Positions 1 through 31,387 of a stretch of DNA of 64,000 bases are shown piece by piece. Position 1 is the stretch's first letter. The number at the start of each line of letters is the position of its first letter. The stretch is from positions 17,114,502 to 17,178,501 of the forward strand of contig CM119268.1 in assembly GCA_051294375.1 (NCBI GenBank), read 5' to 3'. The position numbers and the translations under genes are program-made. The stretch is from Paraspadella gotoi (lineage: Eukaryota > Animalia > Chaetognatha). The notes under the pieces are model-generated. The model saw only the letters and a program-made list of their open reading frames with translations, was not told the DNA's origin and searched no databases.

Positions 1-355
1 AGGACAGATTGACTGTCGCGTCTCGCTTTTAAATCATGTCAAATCTCTAGGATAAACAATAAAAGACAATAGGACAATAATACTACGAAGAAATGAATTA
101 GAAAAATAAATGAATAAAACTGTTCCATAAAAATTGGGCCATCATCCCATACGAATTAGGAAGTTATAACTATGAAGTTAATAAAACTTATATTATAAAG
201 AACTCGCTCAAGCTCTCCCAAGCTTGTATGCACTTCCACGCGCGCCGACTTCCGGCCGGAGGCGCCGCTCGCACGCGGGACTTGAGACGCGTGGTTCTGA
301 TACAAACGCGAAATGGAAGGGAATTTATGACCGAGGCGAAGACAGCGACGAAGGC

Positions 356-999
<644 letters not shown>

Positions 1000-1120
1000 C
1001 TTCTCCCATCCGTCGTGATATCAGGGACGTGGGTCACACCATCTCCGGTCATTCGTCACATCTGACGCTAATCTTGGGATCTTTCCTCTCGGCGACGCCA
1101 AAGAATTCTGAGAGAGAAGG

Positions 1121-1151
<31 letters not shown>

Positions 1152-1426
1152 GAGAGACGCAAATACAACAACAACAAATTTCTAGTTTCAATTTCACGAT
1201 GATAATGAACGAATAATTATAGAACTATTAATTTAGTAAAATTAAATGGCGCCTTTGTTAAGATAAATTAAAACGAATCAATTCTTTGTATTTCCGAAGG
1301 TCAACTCGAAATCGGAAAATCCGCCGTGACTCGTTTCAAACCTGAGAAAAGGAAAATCACTGGATTTGTGATTCTAGCACGGGATTCAAGGGCCAACGAT
1401 CCAGAGAGTGATAGGGAGATAACGAC

Positions 1427-19104
<17,678 letters not shown>

Positions 19105-19988
19105 CTTCTCTCTCACCCCCTTTCCCTTTCCAACCACCGTCAGTCTTCCATCGCTTTTTGCTCCGTGGAGATAAAACGCGGATTTGTTTATGATAAATTA
19201 CTGCGAGTTTCGTGACCGCCCGAAGCGTCGACGACAACGACGACGACGACGACAACGACGATGACGACGAGAGCACTGACTATGACAGCAGTGACAAAGA
19301 AAGAAGCGACGATGATGTCGAAGACGAAGATGACGACGACAAAAGCCATGAAGACGACAGCAATGATTATAACATCAATGACAATAGCATCTAAAGCCTC
19401 GAACAGCGTCTTGTGTCAGTAACACTCGACGATTCTCTTTAGCCGTAAAATCTGTCTGGATCAACAGTAGGACTGTAAGACTGACAACGATGACAGCAAC
19501 AAGGAGGGTTTCTCCCAATTAAACTGATGCCAATTCCCAAAAAAGGCACCCAACAAAATCAATGACAACAACGACGACGACATTAAATGCTGAGAAAAAC
19601 AAACGATGACAATTTGACGACAACCGTCGACGTTAAACGGAATGAGGGGGCGGAGGGGGGCGGGGGGTGGTGCGTGGGCTGAAATGAAAGAAAATAAAAG
19701 GAAAAGAAAAATAAAAACGGGGATTAACAACGATGTACCGTGACAGAGAGAAAGCTACGGCCGCCATATTTTCCGTAATTTATTCCTCTTTTCCTTCATA
19801 AAATAGACTTCTGACGAACGGACGGAGGGACGGACGGACGGACGGACGGACGTAAGGATGGGAGGGAATTAAGAAAGGATTCACGAATACGGAGATTTTC
19901 AACTTATCTCAATGATCTTTGGAGGATGCGAATTATAAAGATCAATGGAAGGTCGATATCGTCGCTGGAGAGGAATCAGAATTCCGAC

Positions 19989-20024
<36 letters not shown>

Positions 20025-20591
20025 GTCTGTCACGCTTTTATTTTCCTTTTTCCCCTCCGCTTTTGTTTGCTTTTTTTTTCGCTCGGTTCGCTTCATCCAT
20101 ATTTTGTTTGCTTGAGCCGGTGAACGATGGTTTTTCGACCTCTCTTCTTTTTCGTCTCCTCGATTTTTCGTTGTTGAAACTTAATCACCATCGAGATTCC
20201 ACTGGATATTTCTTAGCAGATTGTTGTATTTCCGTAAACTGTAGCGTCGAGGAGTAATTAACTATTGTGAAATGTTACGTACGTTAATAATTCGTAATCC
20301 ACGTGACAAAAAAAGAAAAAAAGAACACCTTAAAACTCGTCTGCTCAACTTTCATTCTCGGCTCCTTTGTCTCTCTCTCTTTCACTCAAACCTTCACGAC
20401 CATTTGAAGTTTCCCTTAAATTCTCTCTTCCTTCCCTTCTTCCACTTTGCCAGTCAATTTAACCCTATTGTTTCCACTCAATTTTATAAATTCGATTTCC
20501 ATTTCACCAAATTTCAGTTCCAACTCAATTCTCAGCTCCGTCGTCGTTACTTCCTTCATCGCTCGTGAGTTCCCCTTTTTCATCCCGCCAA

Positions 20592-20677
20592 AATTCTGCC
20601 CAATTCTGCCCAATTCTGCCCAATTCTGCCCAATTCTGCCCAATTCTGCCCAATTCTGCCCAATTCTGCCCAATTCT
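20592..20677 (+). repeat. 10-bp tandem repeat (CAATTCTGCC)n
   Basis: About 8 copies seen directly; a degraded reverse-complement copy lies at ~13860-13940. Confidence 0.9.
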
Positions 20678-21182
20678 CCTCGCTCCATTTCGGCCCCACA
20701 TTTTCTTTCATCCCATTATCGCCGATTATCTTCGCCGTTCCGGCGGCGGCGGCCCCATCCGTTCAAGGTTTAACCAGAATCCGTGAAAACGCCATTTTTT
20801 CCGCAAATTCCTTTTTTTTCCCCCCCTCTCATATTTTGTCTCAAACTGATAAATTTGTATATTTCCAACATCTTTTTTACTTAATTGAAAAAAACTATTT
20901 TTGATTTAATAGTCGATGACATCATTCCTTCTTACTTCTCCTCTGTCCCAACATCCGCGCCCACTCGTTCCCACCATTTCTAAACTAGGCCCCACCCCAC
21001 CCCACCCCAAATCGACCTCACCCTGAAAACCTCACCTCAACTACCCCCTCGTCCATTTCGCCTCTTCCTCTCGCGAACCGGTTGTCAATTTCGTCGGGTG
21101 ATGTATACACCCGCGTCCCCGAATTGAGTCAAAACTTGACCCTCGGCATCTCTAAGGTGAGATTGAGAGAGAGAGAGAGAAG

Positions 21183-21213
<31 letters not shown>

Positions 21214-21227
21214 AGAGAAGAGAGAGA

Positions 21228-21263
<36 letters not shown>

Positions 21264-22347
21264 AGAAAACACAAAAAGAAACAAAAGCCACTACCGACAG
21301 ACCAATCCAGATTAGATTTTGCCCCCGCATTTTGCAGCATCAACCTCCTTTGGGCATCGCAGCACCCGATCCCCGGATATTTTTTTTTTGCGGCACACCT
21401 TCACGAGCCGAGCGCTCCGGAGGTCGATGGTTTTTCCCGGCAAAATTCGGTGTTTAACCTTCGACCCGCGGGAGTTTTTTAGTCGCCGAGGGAAAGGAAG
21501 GCAAAGGCAGTTGGGCGGAGTTTGGCGGGAAGGACTTAAGACCCGGGGTGAAGTGAGCGGATAATAGCTTTGCCCCGTTTTGGGGGGGGGGAGAAAAAGA
21601 GATTGAGGCGAGGTGTGTGGAGGGATATGCTTTGCGAGGAAAAGGAGGATAAATTATGTACACTAAAATCACAAATCGTTATTTTCGAACCGCCTGCACT
21701 AAATGATAATTATCCAAATACGTATTTGCGAGTAATTTGGTGATTTCCATATAACAGAATCAGAACGCAAACGAAAATCTTCTTTTAAATTACACTAAAA
21801 CCCAATACAATTAATAAAGATAACAAGTAAACAAAAGGTCGAGAGAGAAAATCAAAGATTTCGCCACCTAGCGAGTTTTCGATCGAGATGATGAAAAACA
21901 AAAGGCGAGCGAGTCCAATTCTCGCTGCGATTCTCGCCGGAGAACAAATTCGATTTGCGATGGAAAACGAATAACGAAATTCATTATCTCTCGAGTCTGA
22001 ATTAAAACAACCTCTTCATTCGCGAGAGAGTCAGAGACGGAGTGCAACGAACCAGCGAGATTTTTATTCCCACTGTCAATGAACGTTTCGAGTGGCCCCG
22101 AGAAAAACTTAATATATATTCTTCGCCTTTACATTTCATTCTGTTTTCGTCGTCTACATCGTCATCGCCATTCTCCTCTTCGCCGCCATCGTCGTCGTCG
22201 TCATCGTCTTTGTCGTCGTCGTCGTCTCGCGTTTCCGTGCGCCGGCGTCATGGGCGATGCCGTTATTGTCGACGTCCTTATCACTCGATCTCTCGCTCTC
22301 ACTTCGCCGCGCGGTGATGCTGTAACTGATGCTTCGTATTGCCGCAT

Positions 22348-22387
<40 letters not shown>

Positions 22388-23417
22388 TGAGTTCGCTGCT
22401 GCTGCTGTTACGGCTGCACGAGAGATCGGCACGCGACGAAACTGCGACGCAACAGGTGAAGATTTTTCCTTTTCTTTTTTCCCCATTTATATTTCTTTCT
22501 TTCTCCGATTTCGGATCCGCGACAAAATATTATTTTTTAATAAAAAAAAAAATAAATAAATTCAACGTCATTGACTAGAACTCGTTCTAATTTCGACGTC
22601 GCTTCGACTTCCCAATATTAGGTTAAAGGGAATGTCCGAGGGCTCATGGGGCTAACGAGCAACATTTTATGTTTAAAACTTTTTAAAGAAAACTCCGATT
22701 TCATGAAACACCAACATATATTTCAAGCAAGATGGTTTTTTTTAATATTTTTGTCTTTTTGTTCTAATTTTTGTTCTTTTTCTTGTTCCTCTTCTCCTTC
22801 CCTTACGAAGGACCTGTTGCTTCGCCGACTCCGCCGCCGCCGCCGCCGCAGCAGAGACGACGAGCAGGTTGCAGCTGCAGACTTGATGCCGCTGTACTGC
22901 GGCGTTTATACAGCTTTCCTGCCGCGTTTCTACCGCAATGCTGCGGGTTAGTTGCTGCATTTCTTTGGCAGATTTTGATTTTTTTTTCGTTGTGCGCAAT
23001 CGATGCCTCTTTTTTTTATTACAGAAAGAGAATTTGGACTCTTTGTTCTTAGATCTTGTCAGCTGCCAAATCCAATGTCAGAAGGTATTGGGAGATCTTA
23101 GGGAAGTAGAACTAGTAAAGAGAGCTGAACTGATTTGCTGCCATTCGGAATTAGGATGAGGCGACTATTGCTTTGTTTTATTCTTTGATTTTCAAGATTG
23201 AATATTTAGTATTCACGAGTTTATTAAGACCTACATAAGTATTATATATTAAAAAAAAAATACCAGTAATACCGTTCACGCACTTTAATGAGATTTTATA
23301 TAATATATCATATAATTATAATTATTTTTATATAATATATATAAGTAATTTTGCAACTATCATATAAGAGAGAATGAGAGGAGAGAAAAAAAAAGAGAGA
23401 GAGAGAGAGAGACGAGA

Positions 23418-23463
<46 letters not shown>

Positions 23464-23575
23464 GAGAGAGAAGAAGATGAGGCGGTAAGATGGATCGAAA
23501 GGCGAACAGCAACGAAGGAACATCTCCGACAAGAAGCGACAGCGGGATGCCACACGGACGACGGAGGTGGCCCAC

Positions 23576-23665
<90 letters not shown>

Positions 23666-24478
23666 GAGAAAACTGCATCGATGAGGAGCCGCGAAGCAAC
23701 AGGTAATGATGACGAAGATGATAAGAAAGACGACGACGATAGCGACGACTCTCGTTACTGGAACGACCGTAACGGCGACGATGGAGAGAGAGACGACAAT
23801 GACGACGACGAAGACTGCAGTGGAAGACAGACCAACTTGTCTACTTTTTAGTCCTGACCTGATTTATTATACTCTGTTGTAAAAATGAACTTTTTGTAGT
23901 ACTACGTTCATTACTTGATTAAAGTTTCGCAATATTTTCATTCACCCCGATGAATGTTTGAAAGTAAATGATGTGGTGTTTTTATGGTTGTGGATCCATT
24001 TGATGACGATGAGATGATGATGATGATGATGATGGTTATTATGCCATTGATACAAAATTATATTTAATTATTTATATACTGTAAGGATGATCATTATTAT
24101 GATACAGCTTCAAATATCGATTGATAAACAATGATAAACATTGATTCTATTCTCTCTCTCTCTCTCTCTCTCCTGCTGCTCTCTCTCTCTTCTCTTCCTT
24201 CTCTCTCTCCTGCTCTCTCTCTCATTAAAAAATTCGTGAAAAATTAAAAATCCATAAACAAATTTGGCAAGTTTGAAGGATTAACGATTATTTTGGATCG
24301 CATCTTTGCCATTTTTTGCAAAAGTAAATCCCCGCCTCGGACCCGACATGGCGGTCGTTTGCATTTTGTGCGATCAACCGTCGGCTCAAAGTGTCAACCT
24401 TTGATCAGCCAAATTCCACGCGGATTTTGGACGAGTTTCTGCGGCGAGCGACGACGCCAAAGAATATTGACCGGTGTG

Positions 24479-24532
<54 letters not shown>

Positions 24533-24612
24533 AGAGGAGAGAGAGAGAGAGTCATGATACGACTTGCGGTTTTCTGGCATTCGAAGAAATAAAGAAAATA
24601 GAGGAAACTCAC

Positions 24613-24932
24613 CGTGTCCTTGGTAGGGACGTACAAGACCTTAGCGAAGGGGTCCTGAACGAGGCCGCGGCCGGGGCAGGAAGGCCCCAGGCGGAACCCT
24701 TTCGCCTTCACCCAAAATCGGAACTTGGAATTCTCCGAGGAGGTCGTCTCTTCGCCCAAGAGGGCTTCCACGATGCGCTCGTACTTCTTGCGCGTCACTG
24801 GGAAATGGGGGGCAAGGGTGGCCGGTGGGGAACAAGGCGGGGGGTAAAGTTGAGTGGTGACGTAGTACGTTGGTTATTTTTAGTCTTTGATGTGGACTTA
24901 AATATATAAACAAAGAAAACATTAGAAAAAAC

Positions 24933-25025
<93 letters not shown>

Positions 25026-26950
25026 AAGAAACCGCGTTAGAGCAAAAGAAAATGGAAGCGAAATTAAGAGGAGGAAATAAAGAGGAGAAAATTTGTGTAA
25101 TTAGCAATTAGCTCGTCGTTTCTGCGCTCGTTATAAAAAAAAAAGAAAAAAAGAACGCGAACCGCCTATTTTACCGTCGACTTTTTTTTCTGCGCAAAAT
25201 TCATTATCATTTTGTTTAAAGTAGCGAGGATTAAGAAGGAGAAGAGAGAGAGAGAGAGAGAGAGAGTAGAGAGAGAGAGAGAAGAGAGAGAGAAGGAAGG
25301 AAGAAAGAAAAAAAAAAGAGAAGAGATGAGAGAGAGAGAGAGAGAGAGCGCTTTCAAAAAATTAGAGGACTCTCATAACCAATCTGTTATAACTAGTTAA
25401 AAATACCTTTTTCAAATCCTTTAGTGGTTTTATGTGTTAAATTTTTAAATGTAATCTTGCCAATGCAAACTCCTAATTATCTAAAAGAGGACAATATGCC
25501 GAACATTCTTGCTCTCAATTTAAATTGAATATTACTTTATCAAATTGATGTAAACATTCGTAATTAACCTGTTTTCGTCTTTCCCGAATCTCCGTAATTG
25601 TGCAGCGCCCAGTTTTGAAATCTCTCGTACATCTCGTTCTTTTCTGGGTTTCGGTCTCCGTCGAGAAGGTGTCCCACCTTAGAAGGATTTGCCCAAGTTA
25701 CACGGTTGGTCGCAATAGAATTGAAGACCGGGCGAGACACACAACGTCTTTCCGTAAATTCTATTTATTTCGGTTTAAGCTATGAAATTGGTACAACCAA
25801 TATAAAAATTATTCACTTATTTAATAAATAAGCTATCTTGCTTTTTTTTTGTCATCAGTCACCCCAGCAATAACTCTCAATCTTTCAGCCCAAATCTTAC
25901 TTACCCAAATCTTCCACATTTACCAGCCTCACCTGCTCGATCTTGGCTGTCGTCACCCCAGTTCCTTGCGTCGCCGTCGACTGAATTCCCGATATGTTAA
26001 TTCCCGCCGCAGCCGCCATCGATGCCGCCGCGCTGAAAAGCAGCGCCGGCGGCGGCGGCAGAGGCGGGGACAGCGCTGCCGGCCCCGGGGCGCCCCCCAC
26101 GGGAAAGGCGCCTGCGCCCGACTTTTTCGGAGCCATCGCCGCGGCGGACGAAAGCGCCGCTGCGTTCTGGAGTTGGGAGAAAAGAGAAAGGGAGAGGCAA
26201 TGAAAGTTGGAACTGGATGAATACATCAAACCCAAGAGAACCGCCCCCTAAACGCGATAATCATCCACCTGATAAAATATGGCGGACTGAAGAGCGTACG
26301 GGGCTCCGGGGTGGTGAGAATAAGGGGCTCCGGGTGGGGCGGATCCGACGGGGCGCCCGTCGGGGACCGGGCCATCCTCTTCCTCCAATGGGGGCGATGG
26401 GGTGGGGCTGGGAACGGGGGTTAGCGGGGGCGATGCCGTCATCACGTCCACGTTGGGCGACAGAGGGTCGTCGTCTAAAGTGGTGGGGGGTAAAGAGTGA
26501 GCGGTAAAGGTAAGTAAATAAATTTTCACCATTAAATCGTCAATAGTCAATTTTCAACCACCCACCGTCGGCATTGATGATCAGTGTCGTGGTAGAGATT
26601 TCCAACCGATCCGGTCGCCGACCGTTCGCCGAGCATTCCGGCGCCGGACGCTGATTGGACGGACGCGTCGACGAGCCGGACGGATCGATCCGGTTGGACG
26701 CATTGGTCGGACCCGGTCGGACGCGACCGGCCGGATTGGAGGGATGGTTGTCGTTGTGGTTCGTCGGTCGATCCGGCAATCGCGAATTGGCGCCATTTTC
26801 GGTCGTCATGGAAACGACGCTGGCCGGAAGCGAAACCGGGATCGACGAGGACGTTACCGTCGACGTCGTTGATGACATGGTTGACGCCGTTGACGTCATC
26901 GCCGACGTCAAGGATGACGTCAAACTTGACGGGACGGAAACAGCCGCCAT
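24613..26950 (-). CDS. NOL4: Nucleolar protein 4 (NOL4/NOL4L)-like, 5' exons only
   Basis: Exons 26950-26566, 26474-26269, 26166-25933, 25677-25569, 24797-24613, all GT-AG and phase-consistent. Translation EMYERFQNWALHNYGDSGKTKT|VTRKKYERIVEALLGEETTSSENSKFRFWVKAKGFRLG...VLYVP matches, from memory, the vertebrate NOL4 N-terminus (MYRQFQDWCLRTYGDSGKTKTVTRKKYERIV...KFKFWVKSKGF). It is preceded by a long Ser/Pro/Ala-rich extension. Downstream exons not found. Confidence 0.85.
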
Positions 26951-28566
26951 TTTTTTTCGATCGGTTATTCTGCCTAAGACGTTTAATTGTTTTTAGATTG
27001 TTTATTAAATTGTTTTCTACGTTCAAAATAAATTAAGGATTCCAAAGGAAAACGTTTCGTTTGTTGTTTACTTTATTAAATAGGTTAGTCGTTGGTTTTT
27101 ACTAGATAAGGTTTATTAGTGAAGTTTTGTTGACGGAGTGATTTTTTGTTTTCTTTGAAGATTCCATTTTCTCTTTCGTTTTTCAATTCAAGTTAAGCGC
27201 GGTGGGATTATGAGTCGGTGAGTAATCTGTGTTGTTTTCCCCTTTTTCGTTTTGTTTTTTTGTTTTTGTTTTTGTTTTTTTTTTTAGCCAAATACTAATA
27301 GTTTCTTAGTACCTTAGTTTCAAGGACGAGCTGGTGTTTAAATATATATATGATGTAATAAATATTATCTCGCTCTAAAAAAAGACGTAGCGAGATTTCT
27401 ATTGTTTAAATAAACGTGGTTTTTTCTCTTTTTTTTTAGTAATAAAGCGATGTAGTAGCGATGTAGTAGTATTTTCAGTGTCTTTTTGTTCCAAAAAGTG
27501 CAAAAAAATTAATAGAGTCATAAATATATTTAATTATTGTTAAAAACCGTGCGACGCAACAAGGTGATAACTGATAACGATGAGAAAGCAGAGAAAAGCC
27601 GTTGGTTTCGATAGCGACATTACTAATGTTACATTAAGTTACTACGCTAACCATCGTGAAGACTCAAGAAAATTCAAGCGTTTAAACGATTGAGAGAGAG
27701 TAAAACTGATATGCGGAGAAACGTGTTTTCTTTTGCTTTCTTTTGTTTGTTTTGAATCTTGTGTCGCTTTGTTTCGAGTGCTGAGTTATTTTATTTTTCT
27801 TTTAAGGGTGAGTGTGTTTCTTCATTGTTCGTTTAATTTTGCCAGAATATAAAAAAAAAAAGAATAAAAAGTTCGTTGCTTGTTATTTTGTTTCGTTGAG
27901 CTTGTGTTAATTTTAGATATGTGATTGTTCCTTTTTTTTTATATAATAAGTTAAGGGAGATTGGAGTGTGAGAAGGGAAGAGTAAAAAGGGAACCGTTTG
28001 TTTTCAGCGTTCGCCTTTTGTTTTGTTATTTCATCGTGGGTAGGGACGTGAGGATATTGCGTTGTTGTCGTCGTTGTCGACTCGTGCGAAAAAAGGTAAG
28101 TTTCCGTTGTTTTTTTTTTTTTGATCGGAAGTGAAGAGGATGAAGGAGGTAAGGATTAGGAGACTTTCTTTCGACGACCACTGGAGATCGAAATCTTTTT
28201 TTCCGGGTTGGGACGTCGCGGGTTAGAAGGAAAACGAAACTAAATCTGGAATTATAAAAAAAAATTTAAAAATGCTGGGAGATTTTTATTTTTTTGTATT
28301 AATTGATTACATTTTTTTTAAGTTATTTTTTTTTCATAATAACCAGAAAGAGAATCATGAAATTCGACGGGTCAATGTCCTCCTGTACAAGGACTTCGTC
28401 GAAATCATCGTCAGCGTTGGCGTCACCTGGAGTATTTTTTCACATTTATTTCGCAATTCACGCGGAAGATTTAATTGCTTCAAATTCTAGAAAATATATC
28501 TATTCATTTCTATTTATTTGTGTATATATTTATGGATAATTTTCATATTGATTGATTGATTGATTA

Positions 28567-28656
<90 letters not shown>

Positions 28657-28690
28657 TAGACGGATGGATTAGATAGATAGATTAGATAGA
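28567..28690. repeat. (GATA)n tetranucleotide microsatellite
   Basis: Seen directly. Confidence 0.95.
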
Positions 28691-29943
28691 TTAGATAGAA
28701 GGACAGATAGAAAGATAGGTATACAGTTGAATAGTACCTTTGTCGATTCTTTTTATTGTTAAATTGGTGGAGTTATTTTTGTTTCCCTGTTCGTCAGTCC
28801 TCAGTCGTCACGCCCCGAAGAAAGAGAAAAAGTCAGAGAGGAATTCCTTCCTTAATTCTTTTTTCTTCTTTGACTCTTTTTCTTTTTTCTTTTTGGCCAG
28901 AAAATGATTCTTGGTTGTGGGATTTTCTCTCTCTCTCTCTCGTCCTCTCTCTTCTCTCGTCGTCTCGCTCCTCTCTCTCTCATCATATCTCCACCTGTCT
29001 CTCTAATTTAAATTCTCTCCTTGGCGCTGCGGTTGGTCACAAATCGAAGGAAAAAAAAACCACTGGAAAGATCACGTGACGATCGACCGGAGAAGCAAAA
29101 TTCTACTTTGCATATTGCAGTGACTAGCAATGAACGTTTAAAAATTAATTGTCTTGTCTTTTTCGTGTTTTTTTTAATATAAAGTAAAAAAGTTGTAAAA
29201 TAAAGTAAATAATTATGAAAATAGATAACATTTTTGACAGTAAATGAATGACATATTATTCGCTCGATTAGCTTAGATTTTTCGATTTTGAATTTCGATT
29301 TCCATTCGTGCAGATCTCATGATCTCCTCGTGAATGGAGAGGGCGTGACGTCAAGATTCTCCCTCCAGATCTCGAGTTCGAATCCCGCAGTCGAAAAGAT
29401 TTAACCCACGAAAAAATAAAACTCGAAACCAAAAAAATGAAAATAATGAATTTTGGCTTTATTCAAATGCGGGCGAGTTCTCTCTCTTTCTCTCTCTCTC
29501 TCTTCGTCCCGACCGGGACGTTTAGTATTGAATCTCTCTCTCTCTCTCCTCTCGTCTCCGCCGTCGTCTCTGCTACCATCTCTCTTCTCGTCCTGTCACG
29601 TTCATCTCGTCCGGCTCTCTCCTTCTCTCATCTTTCCTACGCCCGACACTATAAAAAACAATCATTAGCAAAATCTTGCTTTAAAAAGCTTACAGTTGGA
29701 GGATTAAAAAATGTAGGGTGAGAGCAGCGAAAAATCCAAAAATAATTTTAGTTTTTAAAATATTTTCAAAATAATTATTTTCAAATGATTTTATAATTTA
29801 AAGACTCGAAACGAAAACGAAAACGAAAATTCTTTCCTCTTTCCGTTCGGCGCCAATGAAATCGTCGACGAAAAAACGCGCGGTACGAATCCGAGAACGG
29901 AGCGATGAGAAACTCTCTCTCTCTCTCACTCTCTCCCTGCGGA

Positions 29944-29984
<41 letters not shown>

Positions 29985-30064
29985 CTCCACTCTCTCTCTC
30001 TACTCTCTCTCTCTCTCTCTCTCCTTCCTGCCGGAACTCCCTTCCATTTTTTACCGTCTCTCTC

Positions 30065-30123
<59 letters not shown>

Positions 30124-30504
30124 GTCAAAACGCCCTGGATTGAGAGGACGTGTTCGTCGGTCCTTTTTCTCCGTCGTCGTCGTCGTTGTCGTCGTCTCAC
30201 GCGCAACACAGAAACCAAGAAGAAACGGAAAAGAAAAAGAGGGGTCCCGAACCTTACCACGTCGAACGTGGAGGAGCAGAAGGAGGAGGATGGAGGATGA
30301 AGAAGAGGAAAGAGAGGAGGAAGAGAGAAGATGAGGCGAGCGGACACTGCCAAATCGGAGGAATGAGAAAGGAAAAGGAAGAGAGAAGGACATCTGTTAA
30401 ATGTAGGGGACCAAGGAAGCTGAGAGGAAAGAGGACCGTGAGAGAGAGAGGAGAGAGAGAGGAGAGAGAGAGAGCCAGGAACGAGAGAGAGAGAGAGTGG
30501 AGAG

Positions 30505-30550
<46 letters not shown>

Positions 30551-31147
30551 CCAAGATTCCGTGGAAGAGCAGAAAAGCCAATCACCATCGATTTGGACAA
30601 AAAAATAAGGAAGAGTTGGGAGATGATCCAAATGATGTTAGGCGGACGAGGGGACAGAGACAAAAATGAAAAGTTCCAATAAAAAGAAGAAGGTTTATAA
30701 TCTGTAGATTGTATAATGTCAAACGACATAGCCTGGCTTGATGCGGTACAATGGTGTGAACAAATACGGAAAAAGCTCAATAAGGAAAAACAAAAAAACA
30801 AACCATAATTAAAAACAGAAGGAAAGAAAGAAAAAAAAGGAAGGAAAAGGAAAAAAAGGGAAATAAAAAACAAGCTAGAAAGACAGAAAACGAGAAAAAG
30901 AGAGAGAGAGAGAGAGTGAGAGAGAGAGAGAAAGAGGGCGCCGTTCGAATCAAAGTCTTGACAGTAAATGAATGGCGGCCGTTGACAACCGTAGAAAGAA
31001 AAAAAGAAAAGGAAGGAACGGATAAAGAGAGAGAGAGAGTGAAGGGAAAGACAAGTTGGGAACACGAAATGAAGAAAAAAACAGAAAAAGATGGGCAACA
31101 GGCAAAAAATCGTATCCAAAAACCTGTCGAACAGTTTTGTCCCTACT

Positions 31148-31230
<83 letters not shown>

Positions 31231-31318
31231 CCGCTTTTTTTCGTCTTTCCATTCGTCGATTTTTAAGGCCTCTCGCGATTCACGGATGAGCAGAGATTGA
31301 TAAGAATCTCTCTCTGAA

Positions 31319-31387
<69 letters not shown>

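Noticed and set aside
20592-20677. Regular repeat considered as CRISPR-like or telomeric
   Set aside because: Head-to-tail 10-mer with no spacers in a eukaryotic context; an ordinary minisatellite.
28330-28423. Minus-strand exon-like block (ctccag|GTGACGCC..., DANADDDFDEVLVQEDIDP)
   Set aside because: Reaches a stop shortly afterwards and has no in-frame link to NOL4; at most a 5' UTR exon or uORF.
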